64,000 nucleotides of DNA from Longimicrobiales bacterium (GTDB taxonomy: Bacteria > Gemmatimonadota > Gemmatimonadetes > Longimicrobiales > Gaopeijiaceae). The stretch's first letter is position 1; the number at the start of each line of letters is the position of its first letter. Where the stretch lies: NCBI GenBank assembly GCA_965203485.1, contig OZ241892.1, positions 3,008,001 through 3,072,000 of the forward strand. The letters are read 5' to 3'. The notes below the pieces were generated by a model that did not search any database, was not told the DNA's origin, and worked only from the letters and a program-made list of their open reading frames with translations. Below, piece by piece: positions 29,570 through 39,032 of the stretch. A program made the translations under genes and the position numbers.

Positions 29570-30619
29570 CTAGCGACGCCCCGACAGCTGGCCCGATTCC
29601 CTCACACTGGATTCAGAGAGCTCGTCCGCCACTCGCCGCGCGAGCTTGTCCGCCAGAGCTCGAAAGTCTCGCCGAGCATCGATCACCGCTGCCGCGTGGC
29701 TGCCGATGGCACCGTCGGCAGGCTTCAGATGAAAGATGGGCTTCCGCGCCTCCTGCGCCAGCGGCACGAGGCTGCGGAAGTGCTTGATCGTGGCCAGGCA
29801 ACGAGGGTCCTCTCGGGGCATCTCGGGAAAGGCGCCCGACTCGGCGCCCAGCAGGCTGCGTGCATACTCCTGGGGCATGCGGTTGACCCATTGGTCGTAG
29901 GCCTTCACTGGACGGCGAAGCCTCACGCCGTGCTGCTGCACTACGTACCCGATCGGCGCCATTCCACCGCGAGGCAATTCAAAATCGGCATCTTGCCAAT
30001 GGTCTCGTCGCCTCTCCCAGCTCCCCCGCCATTCTCGCAACGTGGGCCCAAGGTTGCGCAACCCTTGAAGCGAAAACAAGTCGGCGCCCAACGGCACCAC
30101 GATGAAGTCGCTCGCGATCAGCGCCGATCGATTGATGGCGCCCAGGTTCGGACCTACATCAGCCAAGACGATAGTCGCGTCCATCTCGGTTGCCCCGCGT
30201 TGCATCACCGTCGAGAACGCCGTCAGCACCCGAAAGGGCCTGTAGGGGTTGGCGTCCAGCGCCTTGGGCCATACTTCAGAAAGCGTGTCTTCGAAACCAG
30301 CAAGCGCCAAGCTTCCGGGCACGATGCTCAGCTCGGGCGACACCTCGCGAAGCTGCGGAGGCAGCACGTCTGCAACCTTCATGAGAGGCCGTACGCACTG
30401 CATGATCGTGCGGCCTCTGTCGCTGGCGCCGTTGTCGTTCCAAAGGTCTGCCAGCTCGTCTTCGCCGAGGAAAGCTGCCGTCAAGTTCGCCTGGGGATCC
30501 AGGTCGCACGCAAGCACGCGATGACCGTTCTCCGACAGCATCCATGCAAGGTGATAGACAAGAGAGGTCTTGCCCACGCCGCCCTTGTTGTTGAAGAACG
30601 TCAACACGGGCGTGCTCAT
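29570..30619 (-). CDS. ParA/Soj-family ATPase, long orphan type
   Basis: FNNKGGVGKT deviant Walker A, DLDPQANLT, DVGPNLGAINR; no parB nearby. Confidence 0.9.
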   Translation of the reverse strand: MSTPVLTFFNNKGGVGKTSLVYHLAWMLSENGHRVLACDLDPQANLTAAFLGEDELADLWNDNGASDRGRTIMQCVRPLMKVADVLPPQLREVSPELSIVPGSLALAGFEDTLSEVWPKALDANPYRPFRVLTAFSTVMQRGATEMDATIVLADVGPNLGAINRSALIASDFIVVPLGADLFSLQGLRNLGPTLREWRGSWERRRDHWQDADFELPRGGMAPIGYVVQQHGVRLRRPVKAYDQWVNRMPQEYARSLLGAESGAFPEMPREDPRCLATIKHFRSLVPLAQEARKPIFHLKPADGAIGSHAAAVIDARRDFRALADKLARRVADELSESSVRESGQLSGRR

Positions 30620-31848
30620 GGTTGGCTCTCCTCCCTTGCTCGCACCGTGACTCGCACGTTGTCGTCGTCAACTTCAAATTCGGGTTCTGGGTGACCCGAA
30701 TCTTCGAGCTGCTGCCTGGCCAAGGCGATGCCGACTCCAAACCGCTGCACGAGGCCCACGACTTTCATAGCGCTCGCAAGGCTTGGATTGCGATAATCCA
30801 CAACGCCGCCTTTGCCAAAATTGGTGGCCGTTACTCTTCCATAGGGGCCTCCGGGATTCATTACTTCTATGCGATCGTTGTACCAATACACATGCGTGGG
30901 AGCGTTGGTGATTTCGTATGTGCGATGCATGACGGCGTTGCGGACGATCTGTTGCAAAGATTCCATCGGATATGCATCTACCTTAAGTTCTCGAAACCTG
31001 GAAGCAAAGTCCACGGCAGTTCGGTTGTGGCTTGCCAATTTGTCGTCGAGCCGCCGCATTTGGTCTGGCACGGCACCTCGAATTTCTGCGCTGTCCACTA
31101 CGTCGTCCGTCAGGCGAGTCCCGTCAATTCGAAGGAACTGGATGTAAGCTCCAGGGATGAAGTCCTGCGGACTCTTGCCCATCATCAGCAACCCTACGAC
31201 CGTCGGAAGCGGTTCCTCGACCGACGCGGTCATCCGGGTGGCGGCCAGCTGCTCGACCCGAGCGCGTTGGTTGGCGGCCAGGGTCTCGGAGGAAAACGCT
31301 TCCGGAAGGTACTCGTGCTCGAAGCGCGTCATGTCGAGATCGGCTAGCGAGGAGCCAGGGACGGGATGCAAATCAAAGGGAAAGACGCCATATCGGCGCT
31401 TTTCGTTCAAGACGCGTTCGTCTTGGGCCGTCGCCACGCCTCGCCGCGGCCCAGTTCGTATGTGGACGACGCCCCGGCAACGGACCGGCGGCGAGTCCGA
31501 CGGCTCGACAGTGACGACAGCGACTTCGCCACCCGACAGCGCTTGCTTTCGCACGGTCAAAGACGGCGGCGGCAAGATGTTCCCGTCGGTCTTCATGTCC
31601 GCCAGCTGAATCAACATGGCGTCAGTGACCTCGAGGCTTGCGAGCGATCCGTCGTCTCGGACTCCGACTAGAACGACTCCCGGCTCGCCGCTGCGGGGCA
31701 GGTCGTTGGCGAACGCGCAGATCGCCTCTCGGATGCGCTCCGGAGCGCTGCCCGAAAGGGATTCCTTGAATTCGACGCGGTCGCTCTCGCCCCCTGCGAT
31801 GATCTCCGCCAACTGGGCCGCAGTTGTTGTCGGCTCGCGTTTCGTCAT
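30616..31848 (-). CDS. Schlafen/AlbA_2-domain protein fused to an HATPase_c_4-like (RecG C-terminal-like) domain
   Basis: GESDRVEFKES...ICAFAN...GVRDDG; C-terminal NAVMHRTY, DRIEVMNPGG, YRNP, QRFGVGI. Confidence 0.85.
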   Translation of the reverse strand: MTKREPTTTAAQLAEIIAGGESDRVEFKESLSGSAPERIREAICAFANDLPRSGEPGVVLVGVRDDGSLASLEVTDAMLIQLADMKTDGNILPPPSLTVRKQALSGGEVAVVTVEPSDSPPVRCRGVVHIRTGPRRGVATAQDERVLNEKRRYGVFPFDLHPVPGSSLADLDMTRFEHEYLPEAFSSETLAANQRARVEQLAATRMTASVEEPLPTVVGLLMMGKSPQDFIPGAYIQFLRIDGTRLTDDVVDSAEIRGAVPDQMRRLDDKLASHNRTAVDFASRFRELKVDAYPMESLQQIVRNAVMHRTYEITNAPTHVYWYNDRIEVMNPGGPYGRVTATNFGKGGVVDYRNPSLASAMKVVGLVQRFGVGIALARQQLEDSGHPEPEFEVDDDNVRVTVRAREESQP

Positions 31849-31863
31849 GGCCTCACGATGCGG

Positions 31864-32020
31864 TCAGGTGCCCAACGCGGCCACGCGCTCCACGAAGTAC
31901 TGTGCGCTGGGGCAGCATGGATGCTCGCGGCTCGAGCAATGGCGAATCCGTGTTGGCGCGTGGAGCTCTCCACGACGATCTTGTCCGTCCAGCCTTCTAC
32001 GATGAAGCCGACGTTCACCA
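31864..32020 (-). pseudogene. Internally deleted TOPRIM-like/DUF4276-like gene
   Basis: N-terminus MVNVGFIVEGWTDKIVVES and, in another frame, C-terminus HPCCPSAQYFVERVAALGT only ~50 bp apart. Confidence 0.5.
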
Positions 32021-32390
32021 TGGCAAATCGCCGTTGAAGCGATTGGCAGCCATGCCTTGGCCATTCCGAAAGCGTCCATATCGGCGTCGTCGAGATTGCC
32101 GGAGGCGACTTGCTTCATCACGGTACGGCCGTCTTTCTTGTCGACGAGAACAAGTTCCGGCAACCGCAGGTGCCGGACGACCGACTCGCTGTGGGTCGTG
32201 ATCCAAATCGGCCTTGTGGAATCGGCCATCTCCCGGAGAAAGTCGATGAACTGTCCAATGGCCAACGGATGCAGGCCACGTTCTGGTTCTTCCACCAACG
32301 TCAGGCAATCGCGGTCGCATCGGTCGAGAACCGCTACCAACAGGCTGAGCGCATAGAGCGTTCCGTCTGACATCAGCCGCGCCGGGAATC
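32015..32390 (-). pseudogene. C-terminal fragment of an ABC-type (AAA_21-like) ATPase, frameshifted near its end
   Basis: RFPARLMSDGT, VEEPERGLHP, ITTHS; no Walker A; terminal ANRFNGDLPW lies in another frame. Confidence 0.75.
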
Positions 32391-32519
32391 GCCACCGGAA
32401 TAGGCAACGATCCAGGGATGCCGATGGTTTCTCTTGTACTCTGTTCGAAGCAGACGCCGTATGGCCTCAAGCCGCTCCGGGAGATCACGTGGGGCCACGC
32501 GGCCGCTCGTCGACGTCAC
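32373..32519 (-). pseudogene. dndC: DndC-like N-terminal stub (48 codons)
   Basis: GTG overlaps the desulfurase TGA (GTGA). Translation VTSTSGRVAPRDLPERLEAIRRLLRTEYKRNHRHPWIVAYSGGDSRRG* resembles the DndC PW(I/V)xxYSGGKDS PP-loop. Confidence 0.7.
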
Positions 32520-33757
32520 CGGGCTAGCCTTCGAAGTGATTCGACAGCAACATCTAAAGACGAGACAACATGGTCAATATCTGCCGCCGTCGTAAAACGA
32601 CCGATGCTTATGCGGACGGAGGACCGAGCACGAGCCTCATCGTATCCGAGAGCAGTCAGGACATGCGACGAGCGAAGGTCCGCCGACGTGCAGGCAGATC
32701 CCGTGGAAACGGCTACGTCAACCAACGCCAACATCAACGAGTCAGCTTCCACGTCTCGAAAGGCGACGTTCAGTATCCCAGCCGCTCGATTATTGGCAAT
32801 GTCGTTGCACTCGGCACCGTCGATCCGATCCAGATGCCAACGAAGGCGGCCGTCCAGGGAACGAACATGCGCCGCGTCTCCGCAACGACGTCGCCGAACC
32901 ACAGCGGCGGCACGACCCATTCCAACGACTTGGTGTGTGGCGAGCGTGCCGGAGCGCAGGCCGGACTCGTGGTTGCCTCCGTGCATCTGCGGAACCAGCT
33001 GAGTGAGGAGCGATCGACGGACCCGTAGCACACCTACCCCTTTGGGGCCATACATCTTGTGTGCGCTTATCGATATGAAGTCGGCGAAGGAGATGTCGTG
33101 CATTGACAACCGAGCGGCGCTTTGAGCCGCATCGACATGAAGCAATGCAGAATGTCGTCGCAGAACCGGCTCTAGGTCGGCGATATCGGTGATGACGCCC
33201 GTCTCGTTGTTCACTTGCATCAGCGACACGAGGATGGTATCCGGCCGGAGGACCCCAGCGAGTCCTGTCGCCGTGATGGCTCCGTCCTCATCGGGTCGGA
33301 TATAGCTCACCTCGAAGCCCTGTGCCTCAAGCCACATGATCGTGTCGAGAACGGCCTTGTGCTCCAACGGAGACGTTACGATGTGTCGGCCGATGCTCTG
33401 GCGGGCAAGGGCAGCTCCCTTGAGCGCAAGGTTGATGGCCTCCGTCGCGCCGGACGTCCAAATGATCTCCTCCGGCTTTGCGAATAGCAATGACGCGACT
33501 TCTTCCCGCGCATGCTCAACGGCTTCTGCGGCCGCGAGACCGTAGGCGTGGGTCGACGCCGCGTTGCCAAACGAGGTGGTCGTTTCGAGGAAGGCGACCA
33601 TGGACCGCACGACCTCTGGATCAAGGGGCGTCGTCGCCGCGTAATCCAGGTAGACGACATCGCTCCCATCGGCAACCGTCTCTTCGGCAGGATCGCCGCT
33701 GAGTGCTCGCCCGTGGGCCGAATCCGCAACGGGCCCGCCAAGCGCAACAGGCGTCAT
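32516..33757 (-). CDS. dndA: Group I cysteine desulfurase, DndA-like by context
   Basis: YLDYAATTP, HVDAAQ, SAHKMYGPKG, RSGT, STGSAC; GGGAG RBS before ATG 33757. The family call is secure; the dndA label depends on the dndC-like stub. Confidence 0.75.
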   Translation of the reverse strand: MTPVALGGPVADSAHGRALSGDPAEETVADGSDVVYLDYAATTPLDPEVVRSMVAFLETTTSFGNAASTHAYGLAAAEAVEHAREEVASLLFAKPEEIIWTSGATEAINLALKGAALARQSIGRHIVTSPLEHKAVLDTIMWLEAQGFEVSYIRPDEDGAITATGLAGVLRPDTILVSLMQVNNETGVITDIADLEPVLRRHSALLHVDAAQSAARLSMHDISFADFISISAHKMYGPKGVGVLRVRRSLLTQLVPQMHGGNHESGLRSGTLATHQVVGMGRAAAVVRRRRCGDAAHVRSLDGRLRWHLDRIDGAECNDIANNRAAGILNVAFRDVEADSLMLALVDVAVSTGSACTSADLRSSHVLTALGYDEARARSSVRISIGRFTTAADIDHVVSSLDVAVESLRRLAR

Positions 33758-35419
33758 GACGACCGACTCCCACGGGGTCGGGCCTCCCGGAACCAGCGGA
33801 CCGCCAGCCACCGTGCTGCCAAGACCGCCGTCGGATGTCGAAACGCGGACTGGCCAACTGCCATCGGGGCTGCTCTCGTGGAAGGGACGAGCCGGGGGGG
33901 CTGGCGGTCAAATTAACGAACGGCCGACGGCGATGCAAGACGCCCGCTCGGAAGCTTGCGGAGAGTCTGGGATCTGGGCTTCCAACAGAGCCCCGTGCCT
34001 GCCCGCCGGACGCGACACCGGCCTTTACTTTAAATGAGCAGAGACTCCCTCGTTGGTCCTCGCCAATCAGGAACATTTGATCGATGTCCCATAGGAACAT
34101 GCCGCCGCCCAACGCGAACGATTGGCGAAGGGGACCTACGAATCGGCTTGGGGCGACCTCAAGGCCACCGGGCCGACGGCGGCCTACGTCCGCGACGCTA
34201 TCAGGGACAAGTGAACACGGCTCACGGGCGCAAATGATGACCAACCACCACCACCAGGACAAAGGACAGCACGATGACCAAGACGACCACGGCCGCCCTG
34301 CCGCCGGAACTCGCGGGCTTGGCCAAGCCGCCCCGTTGCCGCTTCGGCGCGGTAGAGTGGTTTCAGGGGCAGAGACGCTTTGCCGTGCGTCTCGATGACT
34401 ACCAGGCCGGATACTGCCGTGACGCGGGCGGCTGGGGCTACGAGTGGCGGCTTGGCGACCTCAAGGCTCGCGGGCCGACGGCGGCTTACGCCCGCTCCGC
34501 CATCAAGGACGTTTGTGGCGGACGCTTGGGCGCGGGCCGTGCTCGCCGAGGCGCGGGCGGACCGACTTCTGGCGACTTTCTGCATCAATGTTGCGTAATT
34601 TCCCCGACGGCCGGGCCTTCGACGTGGAGGGCGCCGGGCCTAGTAGCCTCTCCCGGCCCAGCCGCATTCCTCCGCCCAATCAATCCCGAGCACGTGGCGA
34701 AGCGCCTTCCCGGCCGCGCCCGGGGACGTCCCATGCGCCCGGGCGAAAGCCGCCAGCGTAGGCCACTCGCCAGACAAGGCCGCCTCCGCGAGACGGTCCC
34801 GCTTGGCGCGGACGGCTTGGCAACGCTCGAGGGCGGCGCGGGCGTTGCCTTGGTCGTCGGAAGTGACGGCCGGTTCTGCCCGGCGCTCGAAGGGCGCCGG
34901 GTGCGGACGGACCGGGCGGCGCCAGTAGTCGGGCAGGGCTAGCGCTCCAGCCAGCGGCGTTCCTTGCGGGCGTTACGTGCGACTTTTGGCGGCCGCCCGA
35001 TTGGCCGCGAGCTCAAGCCGCACATCGGCGCGGCCCAGTGCGCCGGGCGACGCGGGCGGCTTCGGCGGTTGCCGCGAACTCCGCCCGGTCCCGCTCGTCC
35101 TCGGTGAGCGGCGGGCCGAAGAGAGCCCGGCGCATCGCGGCGTGCTCTGCGCCTTGCACCTCGGCGGCCGTGGGCTCGAACGGACGTTTGGCCTTGGCCG
35201 CCGGGCCGCCCTTCGGCTCGGCGCCGGGGGCGAACGGCCGGACCTCGGCACCTAGCTGGCGCGCCCGTGCCTCGCGGACATCGGCTTGCTCCGTGCCGTC
35301 GTGGAGGCTCCGACTGTACGTTATGGGCAAAGGACGGCCGCAAGCCAGAACGACAACCAGCCGGGGCGGAGGCGAGGCCGACGCGGCCGACCTGCCACCC
35401 AAGACGGAGTCGTCGTGGA

Positions 35420-37879
35420 ATGTTCCCAGGAAGAACCCGCCGCATGAGCCGCCGGGCCAGCTCGCTCGTGGGGATCCCGCCCTGGTCGCGCGCGCCAGTT
35501 GCGAGCGTCCTTGGCGCGGCCGCCCTGCTGGTTCTGGCGGGATGCGTGCCGGACGCGCCCCGCCGCGCCGGCGAGACCGGACCACGCGCGGGCTACGGCG
35601 AAGCCGCCGAGGTCCTGGCCGCGACTATCGAGCGCGAGCGCGAGCAGAAGGACTTGGCCGCCGTCTCCATCGCCGTCGTGGACCGAGACGGGCTCGTCTG
35701 GGCCGCGGGCTTCGGCGAGCAGGCGCCCGGCGTCCCGGCCGGCCCCGAGACCGCGTACCGGGTCGGCTCCGTCTCCAAGCTGTTCACCGACATCGCCATC
35801 TTGCAGCTCGCCGAGACGGGCGAACGCGACATCGACGCGCCCGTCGCCGAGTACCTGCCCGACTTCGCGCCCGCCGGGGCCGCGGCGGACAACCCGATCA
35901 CGCTGCGCCAGCTCATGTCGCACCGCTCGGGCTTGGTCCGGGAGCCGCCGCAGGGCCACTACTTCGACGACACGGGCACGACGCTGGCGGCCACGGTCGC
36001 CAGTCTGAACGGCGTTCCGCTGGTGTACGAGCCGGGCTCCCGCGCGAAGTACTCCAATGCGGGCGTCGCGGTCGCCGGGTACGTGCTGGAGGCCGCGAGC
36101 GGGGAGCCCTTCGCCGCGTACGTGAAGCGCGCCGTGCTCGACCCGCTGGGCATGACCGGCAGCGCCTTCGCGCCGGAGCCGGAAGTCGTGGACGACCTCG
36201 CCCAGGCGTGGATGTGGGGGCTGGACCGGCCCCGTTTCGAGGCGCCCCGCTTCGAGCTCGGGATGGCGCCGGCCGGCAGCATGTACTCGACCGTGCTGGA
36301 CTTGGCGCGCTTCATGGAGGCGATGTTCCGGCGGGGCGAAGGCGAGCACGGGTGGATTCTCCAGCCCGAGACGCTGGAGTCCATGTGGGAGCCGCAGCAC
36401 GGGGCGCAGGGCGGGACATCGGGCTACGGATTGGGCTTCTACGTCACGGAGAGCGACGGCCGACGGCACGTCGGGCACAACGGGGCGATCTACGGGTTCT
36501 CGACGGCGCTGTTGTTCCAGCCCGACGAGGGAATCGGCGTGGTGGTCGCGTCGGCGGTGGACGGCACCAACACGTTCACTTCGCGCGTCGCGACCGCTGC
36601 CATGGTGTACATGTCGGCCGCGCGCGACGGCGAGGCGACGCCGGCCGAAGCGTTGCGCGGCACCGACCCCGTGGCGCCGGAGCTGGCCCGCGAACTCGAG
36701 GGCGCGTACGGCGAAGGAGAGACCGCCGTGGAACTCGAAGAGCGGAACGGCCGCCTGTTCCTCACTCCGTCGCGTGGCGGATTCACGGCGGAAGTCCGCG
36801 CCCGGGGCGACACGCTGGTGGTGGACGGCAAGCTGGCCTCCGGCGCGCGCTACGTCCGGGACGGGGCGGGCTTGGTCGCGCTCGCGGACCCGCCAAGAGA
36901 CCGCGTCGCGCTGCCCCGCCAGCCGTCCCAGGGGCTTCCCCTTCCTCCGCCCGCGCACTGGGAAGGCTTGATCGGCGAGTACGGCTGGGATCACAACGTC
37001 CTCTACGTCCTTGAGCGGCACGGACGGCTCCACGCGCTGATCGAATGGTTCTTCCTGTACCCGCTGGAGGAGATCGACCGGGACCTGTACGCGTTTCCCG
37101 ACTGGGGCCTCTATCACGGCGAGCGGCTGGTCTTCTCCCGCGACGACGCCGACAGGGCAACGTCCGTGGAAGCGGCGTCCGTCGTCTTCCCGCGCCGCGA
37201 AGTGGGCACCGTCGCGGGCGAGACGTTCCGCATCGATCCGGTTCGCCCCGTCTCCGAGCTCCGTCCCGAAGCGCTGGCCACCTCTCCGCCCGCAGAAACC
37301 GGTTCCTTCCGCGAGCCCGAACTCGTGGACGCGACCTCGTTGGAGCCCGGCCTCCTACTTGACGTGCGCTACGCGACGACGAACAACTTCATGTCGTCCG
37401 TCTTCTACCAGCAGCCTCGCGTCTTCCTCCAGCGCCCCGCCGCCGAAGCCCTAGTCCACGCCCACCGCGCCCTCGCCGCACACGGCTACGGCCTGCTCCT
37501 CTACGACGGCTACCGCCCCTGGCACGTCACCAAGATGTTCTGGGACGCCACGCCGGAGTCGCAGAAGCTCTTCGTCGCCAACCCCGCCAACGGCTCGCGC
37601 CACAACCGAGGCTCCGCCATCGACCTCACCCTCTACGACCTCGCCACCGCCCAGCCCGTCGAGATGGTCGGCGGCTACGACGAATTCTCGCCCCGCTCGT
37701 TCCCCGACTACCCCGGCGGCACGTCCCGGCAACGCTGGCTGCGCAAGCTGCTGCGCCGGGTAATGGAGGCCGAGGGCTTCACGGTCTACGAGGCGGAGTG
37801 GTGGCACTTCGACCATGAGGACTGGCGGGAGTATCCGATCTTGGATCTGACGTTCGAGGAGGTGGATTCGCGGCCATGA
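35420..37879 (+). CDS. Serine hydrolase (beta-lactamase fold) fused to an M15 D-Ala-D-Ala dipeptidase domain; probable lipoprotein; start uncertain
   Basis: LAGC lipobox; SVSK, YSN, HNG; C-terminal DGYRP, SRHNRGSAIDL, EWWHF. Confidence 0.88.
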   Translation: MFPGRTRRMSRRASSLVGIPPWSRAPVASVLGAAALLVLAGCVPDAPRRAGETGPRAGYGEAAEVLAATIEREREQKDLAAVSIAVVDRDGLVWAAGFGEQAPGVPAGPETAYRVGSVSKLFTDIAILQLAETGERDIDAPVAEYLPDFAPAGAAADNPITLRQLMSHRSGLVREPPQGHYFDDTGTTLAATVASLNGVPLVYEPGSRAKYSNAGVAVAGYVLEAASGEPFAAYVKRAVLDPLGMTGSAFAPEPEVVDDLAQAWMWGLDRPRFEAPRFELGMAPAGSMYSTVLDLARFMEAMFRRGEGEHGWILQPETLESMWEPQHGAQGGTSGYGLGFYVTESDGRRHVGHNGAIYGFSTALLFQPDEGIGVVVASAVDGTNTFTSRVATAAMVYMSAARDGEATPAEALRGTDPVAPELARELEGAYGEGETAVELEERNGRLFLTPSRGGFTAEVRARGDTLVVDGKLASGARYVRDGAGLVALADPPRDRVALPRQPSQGLPLPPPAHWEGLIGEYGWDHNVLYVLERHGRLHALIEWFFLYPLEEIDRDLYAFPDWGLYHGERLVFSRDDADRATSVEAASVVFPRREVGTVAGETFRIDPVRPVSELRPEALATSPPAETGSFREPELVDATSLEPGLLLDVRYATTNNFMSSVFYQQPRVFLQRPAAEALVHAHRALAAHGYGLLLYDGYRPWHVTKMFWDATPESQKLFVANPANGSRHNRGSAIDLTLYDLATAQPVEMVGGYDEFSPRSFPDYPGGTSRQRWLRKLLRRVMEAEGFTVYEAEWWHFDHEDWREYPILDLTFEEVDSRP

Positions 37880-37907
37880 TCAAGATTGCCGCAAGCCACG
37901 CCGGACG

Positions 37908-39032
37908 GTGGCACCGGAGGAAGAGGGTCGCGAGGTGACGGATTGCCCTAAAGGAGCTTCGCCCGCAGAGTTCTCGATTGAGCGGAAAGAGATCAAGGAA
38001 CTGCTCGATGCTACGATCGCCGCCGTGGCGACGCGCGAGTATCACCGACTCCAGACGCACGAGCGTGACGGTGATCAGTGTTGTCGCAAGATGTGCAAAG
38101 CCCTTGAGGATTTGCTAGCCTTAGGGAAAGGTACGCCTCCGGATTATACCGATGAATGGCTGGCACTGGCCTACTTGACATGGTACCAACCTCGTCAGAT
38201 CAATCTCGTGGCATCGATATGTCTTCACCGTAAGCTGTCGCCGTCGTCAGGCAAGTTTCTTGTTGTCGACGTTGGTTGCGGTGCCTTCGCCACACTCATC
38301 GGCATGGCGATTGGCCTTGCAATGAGAGGTGTTGACATACCTGGAGAAATCGTGATTCATGGTGTCGATCCTAGTGAGACTATGAAGCGCATGGGTAAAG
38401 AACTACTATGCGAACTGAAAAGGAGGACTTTTGAGATAGGTTCTAACTTGGGCAAACTGGCCCGACTTCTAGACAGAACATCGATAGAATATAATTTCAC
38501 AACATTAGAAGATTATCTTACGACTCCAAATTTGCCGTCATTCTCTTCATACGGCACTATATGGCTTACGATAACTCACGCGGCCTATGACCACAGAGAA
38601 GAAGAATACGGAGCAGGGACATTGAAAAATCACGTTGACAAACTTAAAGAGCAAATTCGTAAAGAGAGAGTTGATGCTGATCTGCAACATACTACAATTG
38701 TGACCGGTATGGACGGAGCTCCTGTAGAGCACGTTGCAGGCGGCGGAAATGGACAGACAAAGGACTTTACGGACTGCGACTTATTCAAGGGCAATTGTTC
38801 CAAGATTACATCCCTGCGTAGAGATATGGCCGATGCGCTCTTCCCTTGTTTCGATGATCTTGCACTGGATGACAAAAGACGCAAGTACAAGAAACTCTTG
38901 TGGAAGACAGTAAAATGGGATCTTTCTTCACGAGAAGCAAAGATCGACCGGAAGATCGCAAAGACCGCCATATTTGTTGACCGAACATTTGTTGACCGAA
39001 CGCGATATGAAATCAAACCAAGGATCAAATGA
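37908..39032 (+). CDS. Hypothetical SAM-dependent methyltransferase-like protein (AT-richer than the flanking genes)
   Basis: LAYLTWYQPRQ, motif I VVDVGCGAFA, motif II-like IHGVDPSETM. Confidence 0.6.
   Translation: MAPEEEGREVTDCPKGASPAEFSIERKEIKELLDATIAAVATREYHRLQTHERDGDQCCRKMCKALEDLLALGKGTPPDYTDEWLALAYLTWYQPRQINLVASICLHRKLSPSSGKFLVVDVGCGAFATLIGMAIGLAMRGVDIPGEIVIHGVDPSETMKRMGKELLCELKRRTFEIGSNLGKLARLLDRTSIEYNFTTLEDYLTTPNLPSFSSYGTIWLTITHAAYDHREEEYGAGTLKNHVDKLKEQIRKERVDADLQHTTIVTGMDGAPVEHVAGGGNGQTKDFTDCDLFKGNCSKITSLRRDMADALFPCFDDLALDDKRRKYKKLLWKTVKWDLSSREAKIDRKIAKTAIFVDRTFVDRTRYEIKPRIK

Noticed and set aside
37260..37879. Vancomycin resistance (vanX)
   Set aside because: Fused domain with no vanH/vanA/vanRS nearby.
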